Source: Oligoflexales bacterium
GTDB lineage: Bacteria; Bdellovibrionota_B; Oligoflexia; Oligoflexales; Bog-1112
Assembly: GCA_045105515.1 (NCBI GenBank)
Contig: JBGCDR010000451.1
Location: forward strand, 1 to 23,457
Length of the DNA: 23,457 bases
Reading direction: 5' to 3'
Part shown: positions 16,847-23,457 of the stretch, piece by piece
How positions within the stretch are numbered: the stretch's first letter is position 1
Layout: the number at the start of each line of letters is the position of its first letter
Made by a program: the position numbers and the translations under genes
The notes under the pieces: generated by a model
The model's input: the letters and a program-made list of their open reading frames with translations, nothing else
What the model was told of the DNA's origin: nothing
Database searches by the model: none

Positions 16847-18088
16847 TTAATATTTGAACTTTAGGAAAAAAGTTGTACCATGTTGTTCAGGGAATTCTTC
16901 AATCGATTTACTAAAAACCTCTATTTCTGCACCATATAAGTCCATATAAGACTTTACAATAGGCATACCAAAACCGGTCCCTTTTTCTCCTGAAGTACCA
17001 TCTCTTGAGGTTTGAGCAGTAGGATCAAATAATTTTTGAAGCAAATCTTCTGGAATTCCAATGCCTGTGTCTTTTATGGAAACTATTCGTCTATTTTCTT
17101 TCTCCGAAAAATCAATATTTATTTCAGATCCTTCTTTACTGAATTTTATTGCATTAGAAAGAATATTATTGAAAATATCATTGTTGATAGAATTTAGTTC
17201 TCCCAATACCTTGAATTCATCGTTGGATGATACCGATATATTGAGATTTTTTTGCTCAAGACGATCTTCAAAAAGAAGCAATCCTTTTTGAATAACATCT
17301 TGAAAATCGATAATTGATAGTTCTAATTTTTTCTTGCCAGAGGTTAAGGCTTCCCAATTTCTAACTCCATCTAAAATTTCAATTTCACAATTTAGACCAA
17401 AATTAATTCGTTTCTTGTATTTTTCTGGAACATCAATTTTATTCACTAGCATTCGAAAGCTTCCCTGAACTATGGAAACATAATTAGCTAAATCATGACA
17501 TAAAATTCTGACCAAATTCCGCTTGTCAGAATAGAGATTTTCAAGTTTTGTATTTTGTTCTGATAACTTTTTAGTTCTTTCTTTAACTTTTTTTTCCAAA
17601 TTTTCATTTGTAGATCTTAATTCACTAATAAGATCTATGTTTTCTTTTTGAAGGTCGTAAGCTTGTACTGCTCTTTCGATATTCAATAACATATCGTCAT
17701 GATTAAATGGTTTTACCATAAATTTATAAATTTTACTGTCATTAATTGCAGCAATAATTTCATTAATATCTGTATATCCAGTTAAAATTATTCTTGCCGT
17801 AAATGGTAAAGGTTTAATCGTTGCCTTTAAAAAATCAACTCCTGTCATGCTAGGCATTTTTTGATCACTTATGATAACCTTGATCTCTAGATCTTTATTG
17901 TTATCAATTATATCTAGTGCTTCTTTGCCACTGCTAGCTGTTTTTATTCTATATTTACTTTCTAGAAATCCTTGAAGAGATATTATGTTATTTCTTTCAT
18001 CATCCACAATAAGTATAGTACTATCACTTTTAGATATTTTTTTTGTCATTTCTTTTTCTAGAATATGTTTTCTTATTTTAAGAGACAT
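16847..18088 (-). CDS. Hybrid response regulator / histidine kinase (REC-HisKA-HATPase)
   Basis: ILIVDDE, IISDQKMP, KPF; H-box LCHDLAN; NILSNAIKF, DTGIGI, LFDP and GTGFGM. Confidence 0.93.
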   Translation of the reverse strand: MSLKIRKHILEKEMTKKISKSDSTILIVDDERNNIISLQGFLESKYRIKTASSGKEALDIIDNNKDLEIKVIISDQKMPSMTGVDFLKATIKPLPFTARIILTGYTDINEIIAAINDSKIYKFMVKPFNHDDMLLNIERAVQAYDLQKENIDLISELRSTNENLEKKVKERTKKLSEQNTKLENLYSDKRNLVRILCHDLANYVSIVQGSFRMLVNKIDVPEKYKKRINFGLNCEIEILDGVRNWEALTSGKKKLELSIIDFQDVIQKGLLLFEDRLEQKNLNISVSSNDEFKVLGELNSINNDIFNNILSNAIKFSKEGSEINIDFSEKENRRIVSIKDTGIGIPEDLLQKLFDPTAQTSRDGTSGEKGTGFGMPIVKSYMDLYGAEIEVFSKSIEEFPEQHGTTFFLKFKY

Positions 18089-20033
18089 TTTTTTCCTTTT
18101 TCATAGGAAGGGATATTGTAAATGTTGTCCCTTTATTTGGAGCCGATTCCACATTTATGTGACCATCATGATCTTCAATGATTGACGTAGAAATAGACAA
18201 ACCAAGGCCAGTTCCTTCACCTACGTCTTTAGTTGTATAAAAAGGATCAAATATATTTTTTATTACTTCTGGCTTTATTCCTGGCCCATTATCATATAAA
18301 GCTATACATATAAATTCGTTGTCTGGATAAGTTCTGACAGAGATTAGTCTGTTTTTTTGTCCTTGATTTGATAGCAGTGCTTGGCATCCATTAATGATAA
18401 TATTCATAATTACTTGTCCTAGTTTTGCAGGCCAACATTCCACGTAGGGAGAAAAATCTAAATTTAATTTGAAATCGATCTCTTTTGAATATTTTGGTCT
18501 GATTATAGAAATTGTGGATTGAATTGTTTCAGAAATATCTACTGTTTTCTTACTCGATTCGTCCAATCTAGAAAATGTCCTTAAATTCGTTACAATTGCT
18601 GTAATTCTTTTTGCTCCCTCGTCAATTATTCCGTTTGTTTCAATCAATTTGGCAAATCTCTGTTCAAGAAAATTGTGAAATTCTTTATCGTCTTCTACCA
18701 GCTCTGCTAAGCTAGTTTTGAGACTATTTAGGTCATTGTTTAAATTTAAACAAGATACGGATAGAAAATGGGCGGGATTGTTTATTTCATGAGCGATACC
18801 TGCTACCAAAATACCTAAACTAGCCATTTTCTCAGATTGCACAAGCTGCTGCTGCGCTTTTTTGAGATCATGTAACATTTGATGAAGTTTATCATTTGAG
18901 GATTCCAACTGAAAAGTTCGTTCTTTCACTTTCTCTTCAAGAGTTTGGCTGTGATTTTCTATTTCCTTTATATATTTCCTTAAATTGGAACGCATATAGT
19001 CAAAACTTTTGGCTAAAGTTCCTATTTCACTATTTTCATTAGTATGTGCAATATTTATATTTAAATTTCCTTGAGAAAGATCTCCAGCTGCTTTAACAAG
19101 ACTACGGATTGGACGGATCAGTGTAGAATTAGCCCATAGTGAAATAATGAAAGCAGCAAAAAAAAGCAAAATGAATGCGATAATTAATGATTGGTAGATA
19201 CTATTTAACATATTAGAAAAAATTTCAGATTTATCAAAGCTTATGCCAATAATCCAGTTAAAATATGGAAAGTGTTGATAAACGTCTATTCGTGTTTTGT
19301 TTTCGAACTTGTACTCTAAAACTCCAATTCTATTTTCTATTATTGTTTGTACAGTTGTGTTATTCATGGTTTCTTGATTGAGAATCAAGTTTTTATTTTT
19401 ATGACTTATATATCGGCCTTTTAGATCCAAAATGTATATAAATGAATTTTTTTTAGACATAGTTTCACTAAACGAGGCATTAAACTGACTAAAGTCTGTT
19501 TCTCCAAATAGTAAACCTTTAATTTCATTGTTTACCCAGATTGGTGTAGCTAAAATTATAGTAGGTTTTTGATTTTCATTGGAGAACACATCACTTTTAT
19601 AGAAGGCATCATTTAAGGCTTTGGAAAAAAATGGAAGGTCGGATATATTCTTTCCTTTATTAGAATTAATTGTTGTAACTATAATATCTCCATTGAGATT
19701 TGCTATATTTAGATGATTGTAAAACTTGAAAGTTTGAATATTTGTCTTTAGCTCAGTAATGGAAGATTGTCGTGCTGATTTGCCAAAAAACCCCTCACTT
19801 AATGCAGTCTGAATTATTTTTGATCGGCTCCAATTTTTTAATTGATCTTCGCGGCTATCGAACCAATTTGAAATATACTTTACCATCATAGTAGAGATTT
19901 CTTGGGATGAATTTATGATCATTTCTTCTGACGATTTTTTGAAACCTGATACAAAAATCAAACTGGATGTGAGAAAAATGATGGTTGTTAGTATGATTAT
20001 TGGTAGTAAAAATTTGAAAACGAGCTTATTCAT
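18078..20033 (-). CDS. Membrane sensor histidine kinase (Cache-HAMP-HisKA-HATPase)
   Basis: Two TM segments around a Cache-like periplasmic domain; HAMP (RPI..L..GNL..EIGTLAKSF); SEKMASLG.LVAGIAHEINNP; DNGPGI, FDPFYTTK and GTGLGL. Overlaps the next gene by 11 bp. Confidence 0.93.
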   Translation of the reverse strand: MNKLVFKFLLPIIILTTIIFLTSSLIFVSGFKKSSEEMIINSSQEISTMMVKYISNWFDSREDQLKNWSRSKIIQTALSEGFFGKSARQSSITELKTNIQTFKFYNHLNIANLNGDIIVTTINSNKGKNISDLPFFSKALNDAFYKSDVFSNENQKPTIILATPIWVNNEIKGLLFGETDFSQFNASFSETMSKKNSFIYILDLKGRYISHKNKNLILNQETMNNTTVQTIIENRIGVLEYKFENKTRIDVYQHFPYFNWIIGISFDKSEIFSNMLNSIYQSLIIAFILLFFAAFIISLWANSTLIRPIRSLVKAAGDLSQGNLNINIAHTNENSEIGTLAKSFDYMRSNLRKYIKEIENHSQTLEEKVKERTFQLESSNDKLHQMLHDLKKAQQQLVQSEKMASLGILVAGIAHEINNPAHFLSVSCLNLNNDLNSLKTSLAELVEDDKEFHNFLEQRFAKLIETNGIIDEGAKRITAIVTNLRTFSRLDESSKKTVDISETIQSTISIIRPKYSKEIDFKLNLDFSPYVECWPAKLGQVIMNIIINGCQALLSNQGQKNRLISVRTYPDNEFICIALYDNGPGIKPEVIKNIFDPFYTTKDVGEGTGLGLSISTSIIEDHDGHINVESAPNKGTTFTISLPMKKEKNVS

Positions 20034-20291
20034 ATATATAAAGTCATGGTAAATTGGTTCATTATTTTGTTAGTTTAAATTATCGACTTAAAATTGGTTT
20101 AAATTAGGGGAATGTGCTTCAGATCATTAACAAGCGCTGCCATTACGTAAGAATGTCCATGCCCTTTGTTTCAATATGGCGAATAACTGCAATAATACTA
20201 GATTGTTGAGAAGATAGGTAGCCCTGAATTTTAGAGCTAGAAATTCTACCAAAACGAGACGCTATTTAATCAATGTTTTTTCAAAAACCAA

Positions 20292-21242
20292 TTATTCCCA
20301 AATTTTGGATGCTGCATTTGTAATTTCATAAGGAAGACTAATTCCCAATGCATTAGCTGTCTTTGAATTTATCTCGAATTTAGGTGATTCATCAAATCCA
20401 ATCGGTATATCTTTTATTTTTAAGTTGTTGCTGTAAAAATCTATAACTTTTTGAGCTAATATTTTTCCTAATTTTATATCATCCGCTACAAATCCAACCA
20501 TAGCACCATTTTCTACTGGCTTTTTCGTAAATGAAAAAACGGGAATTTTTTTAGCTGCTTTAATAACATCAACAGAATTGTCAAATACCAGGGATTGATT
20601 TCCTAAGATAAATGTATCTGTTCCCATTTTAGAATATTTTTTTACTATATTTATGAGATGTTCTTTGCTATTAATTCGAGGAAAATTGCAACGGTAGCCC
20701 TTTTTATTACAATATGCTGCTGTTCCATTTTGATCCACATCTGATGAGGGATGGCCCTCTTCCAGTAAAATTGTAATATCTTTCATTGGCTTAATATTTT
20801 CAAAAATTTCAAACTGATTTTCAACAGGAATATAATATGTTACCCCGGTAATATTGCCTTCAGGGGCATTAATATTTTTGATGGCTCCCAACTGCCCAGG
20901 ATGATTATTTCCGCCAATGAAGGTTGGTATCGTAGGAGGGTTTTTTGCCATATATTTCACAGCATTAGATCGAAAAATCACCATACCTACTTTAGTTTTT
21001 TCAAATTCTCTCATTTTTTTTGAAAGTTCCTCAACATCGGGTAATTCTGGGTGTTTCTCAATCTGAAATTCTATTGATGAATTCCCTAATTTAATCTCTT
21101 CTTCGAACCCTTGAAGGACCCTTTTAGACATTCCAGATTTTCCTGCCCAAGCTAGACCTAAATTCACTACCTTTCCTAGTGCAATATTTTGAATTTGCAT
21201 TGTTAATAAAAAAAACAAAAAGATAATTACTAATTTGTTCAT
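20292..21242 (-). CDS. ABC transporter substrate-binding protein (ABC_sub_bind type), orphan
   Basis: Signal peptide from ATG 21242; PEGNITGV, KIPVFS, VENGAMVG and INSKTANALGISLP. Confidence 0.85.
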   Translation of the reverse strand: MNKLVIIFLFFLLTMQIQNIALGKVVNLGLAWAGKSGMSKRVLQGFEEEIKLGNSSIEFQIEKHPELPDVEELSKKMREFEKTKVGMVIFRSNAVKYMAKNPPTIPTFIGGNNHPGQLGAIKNINAPEGNITGVTYYIPVENQFEIFENIKPMKDITILLEEGHPSSDVDQNGTAAYCNKKGYRCNFPRINSKEHLINIVKKYSKMGTDTFILGNQSLVFDNSVDVIKAAKKIPVFSFTKKPVENGAMVGFVADDIKLGKILAQKVIDFYSNNLKIKDIPIGFDESPKFEINSKTANALGISLPYEITNAASKIWE

Positions 21243-21327
21243 TTCTGTTTCCTTGGCCATTTGATTTTTTATTTTCACCACTATATATTTTACAATTAGT
21301 TAGTAAATTTAAGAAATCTTTTAAGAG

Positions 21328-21759
21328 GTGTTGCTCGGAGTATATTATCTTTATTCTAAGTGTTAAATGGGGATCAAGAAGATATTTTCTCAAATTAATG
21401 ATTCTATTTTAAATATATTATTTAGCTTCAGAATGATTTGGTAAAAAAATTAGGTGAAAATTAGAGCATTCCAAATATATTCTTAGTTTGGCTTGGAAGT
21501 ATATTTTTTTTTGAGATATTCATTGAATATTGGATACAAGGTTTCAAGCTGCTAAGGAAAAAAAGTATTTTGCCCATAAGTATAGGAGGTAATCTTTGAT
21601 TTCTTTAAGTTTTAGGAAGAATTGTTGGTTATGGCACCTAAAGAAGACATGGGTGAACGAACTATCTTTAAAGATGAGGCGTCGTGGATACCTATTAGGG
21701 ATGGTGGTAAGATGGCAGAGTCTTGCAAAGGACATTTGGCATAAAAGCTGTGTTAAAAT
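21328..21759 (-). mobile_element. Internally deleted, non-autonomous copy of the Y1 element
   Basis: 21328-21567 aligns with 14703-14943 (roughly 80% by eye; last 38 nt identical). 21568-21759 aligns with 15544-15736. About 600 bp of the transposase is missing. Confidence 0.88.
21565..21693 (-). pseudogene. 5' remnant of Y1 transposase
   Basis: RYPRRLIFKDSSFTHVFFRCHNQQFFLKLKEIKDYLLYLWAKY matches the N-terminus of the intact enzyme. The start ATG is replaced by AGG, and the HUH and Tyr motifs are deleted. Confidence 0.88.
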
Positions 21760-21889
21760 CATCCTGTTATAGAATTCAATATGGTGTAATTAATATTAAA
21801 ATGTGATTTTTCTCCGTGTTACGAGGTCTCCTATTTAAGAATCCTGTGCATGGTCCGATCTTTTAGATTTTGACTTGGAAGCTTGCAAT

Positions 21890-22738
21890 ATGAAGTATCA
21901 TCTCATCATTTCTTGTCCGGATAAAATGGGTATCGTAGCTGCTGTGAGCACTTTTGTGGCTTCTCACCATGGCCTCATTTTAGAGGCTGATCAATATGTT
22001 GATGCTGAGGGGAAATTTTTTTTCATGCGTTATGAGATTGATTTATCCTCTTTGGAGGAGCCCTTAGAAATATTTTTCAATAAATTTAAAGAATTAGCTA
22101 CCAGCTTCAACATGAATTGGTCTTTGATAGATGCGAATAAAAAGAAAAAAGTTATTATTTTTGTGTCAAAACATGGACATTGTTTAGAAGATCTTCTTTA
22201 TCGTTGGCAATCTAAGGAATTATCCTGTGATATTTTGAAGGTTATCTCTAATCATAATGACCTCAAGGATCGCGTCGAATGGTATGGAATACCTTTTGTT
22301 CATATACCTTTGCTAGAGGGGGGAAAAGCAGATCATTTTGAGATGATTCAAAAGCAGATCTTACCACTTAATCCAGATTTACTTATTTTAGCAAGATATA
22401 TGCAGATTTTGCCAAGAAACATTTGTGAACAATATGAATCAAAAATAATCAACATACATCATAGCTTTCTCCCTTCTTTTATGGGAGCTAAGCCTTACCA
22501 TCAGGCTTATGCTAAGGGTGTCAAGCTCATCGGTGCTACAGCCCATTTCGTCACTCATGAATTGGATCAAGGGCCGATAATTGCACAAGATGTAATTGAG
22601 GTTAGCCACCGGGAGTCTTTAGACGACTATGTGAAATTAGGTATGGATATCGAAAAAAAAGTACTAATCAATGCAGTAAAACAGTATTTAGACGATCGAA
22701 TCCTTATCCAAGGTCATAAAACCATAGTCTTTAAATAG
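21890..22738 (+). CDS. purU: Formyltetrahydrofolate deformylase
   Basis: ACT start LIISCPDKMGIVA, FFMRY, VSKHGHCL, LARYMQIL, INIHHSFLPSFMGAKPYHQA and GVKLIGATAHFVT.ELDQGPII; ATG 21890 preferred. Confidence 0.97.
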   Translation: MKYHLIISCPDKMGIVAAVSTFVASHHGLILEADQYVDAEGKFFFMRYEIDLSSLEEPLEIFFNKFKELATSFNMNWSLIDANKKKKVIIFVSKHGHCLEDLLYRWQSKELSCDILKVISNHNDLKDRVEWYGIPFVHIPLLEGGKADHFEMIQKQILPLNPDLLILARYMQILPRNICEQYESKIINIHHSFLPSFMGAKPYHQAYAKGVKLIGATAHFVTHELDQGPIIAQDVIEVSHRESLDDYVKLGMDIEKKVLINAVKQYLDDRILIQGHKTIVFK

Positions 22739-22800
22739 GACTAGCACTTTTCATCTACCCCTTAATAATTATATGCATTGCCTCATTCCCTCTGATCGTC

Positions 22801-22824
22801 TTAAGCCATTAAGCCATTAAGCCA
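22801..22824 (+). repeat. Tandem repeat (TTAAGCCA)x3
   Basis: Three exact 8-bp units; the last runs into CCAACTAT at the edge of the short end module. Confidence 0.9.
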
Positions 22825-22830
22825 ACTATC

Positions 22831-22909
22831 ACGGAATAAATTTAGTTATACTTTTTGTGAATATATTATGCCAGAATTTTGATTTAGAAGATTTTCAAAA
22901 TTACTCCGT
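22831..22909. mobile_element. 79-bp non-autonomous module (MITE/REPIN-like) of the Y1 element family
   Basis: ACGGAATAAATTT ... AAAATTACTCCGT inverted repeat (11/13), flanked on both sides by CCAACTAT (22822-22829, 22910-22917). Confidence 0.7.
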
Positions 22910-23141
22910 CCAACTATTTCATGGGGGCCAGGCTATTCAGACATTAAGGCCCTAAAAATATACACAATTTAATCGAGGAATAAACCTGGCAAGTAAACGC
23001 TGATTACAAAAATGGCCAGAATCCTTATGCAGCAAGGCTTTCAACTATTGATTCGCATAATATTGAAATCTATGTTTACTTTCTGGTATTAAGGAAATGT
23101 TTTGTTAGTAACTAACTTTCGCTTAAACAGAAAGAATATTA

Positions 23142-23345
23142 ATGAGCTTATTTCCTAAGAAAAATAATTTGGCTATTGTCTTGTGCTTGTTTAGCACAAT
23201 CTCACTAACTCATCCTGTTTTAGCTGATGGAGACAGCCACTACAAAAAAAGCCATAACAAACAATGCTTTCTTGTTGCAGTTGGTTTGCTTGCTGCAGGA
23301 ACAATAACTGGAGTAGGGTCAGGGTTGATTCAAGTAAGCTTTTAA
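23142..23345 (+). CDS. Small hypothetical exported/membrane protein (67 aa)
   Basis: Signal peptide ending PVLA, short His/Lys-rich linker, Gly/Ala-rich hydrophobic C-terminus. Confidence 0.55.
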   Translation: MSLFPKKNNLAIVLCLFSTISLTHPVLADGDSHYKKSHNKQCFLVAVGLLAAGTITGVGSGLIQVSF

Positions 23346-23457
23346 CCAAATTTTGAAGTACGTTAAAATGGGTTCAGCATATTTTTTTAACAAAATTTTT
23401 GTTGTCAAAAATATTTGAGATGTATTTTTTTGACTATTCAAGCATAATCTAACAATG

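Noticed and set aside
5640..17291. Short antisense or overlapping ORFs (e.g. 5640, 8214, 8558, 9453, 9719, 10448, 11467, 13770, 15021, 16041, 17061)
   Set aside because: Shadows of well-supported longer genes, with no recognisable motifs.
20019..21242. Sensor kinase and SBP both begin MNKLV
   Set aside because: Similarity is limited to five residues typical of signal/TM starts; no extended DNA repeat seen.
21124..21393. 89-aa minus-strand ORF
   Set aside because: Spans the repeat arm and overlaps the SBP start in another frame; not conserved in the other repeat copy.
21544..21762. 72-aa ORF as a functional protein
   Set aside because: It is a chimera of upstream non-coding sequence, the transposase remnant and the non-coding arm across the deletion junction.

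Overview
AT-rich bacterial window. Gene content (CHASE2 adenylate cyclase, orphan family-3 solute-binding proteins, RRM protein, ABC1 kinase) resembles Oligoflexia/Bdellovibrionota-like bacteria; this is inference only. Left half (1-14.6 kb): a PGRP-type amidase cut by a probable IS30-family end at the window edge; an unannotated 45-aa Cys/His-rich secreted peptide heading an ECF sigma/putative anti-sigma operon; signal-peptide proteins with unusual domains (USP/C19 deubiquitinase-like, zeta-toxin-like kinase, RGLG/copine vWA); plus RRM, OMP, ABC1 kinase, SBP and adenylate cyclase genes. Right half (14.7-23.4 kb): an accessory region organised around an HUH/Y1 (RAYT-like) transposase. It holds one intact element bounded by a 12-bp inverted repeat, one internally deleted copy and two short non-autonomous end modules. 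A CAACTATT motif follows the three recognisable right ends and is expanded at one site into an 8-copy G-quadruplex-like array. The framework [transposase element]-[single gene]-[70-bp end module + CAACTATT] occurs twice with unrelated genes inside (an SBP, and purU), and a two-component island sits between the two units. This possible Y1-driven gene-cassette system is the most notable signal. All alignments and motif calls were made by eye.
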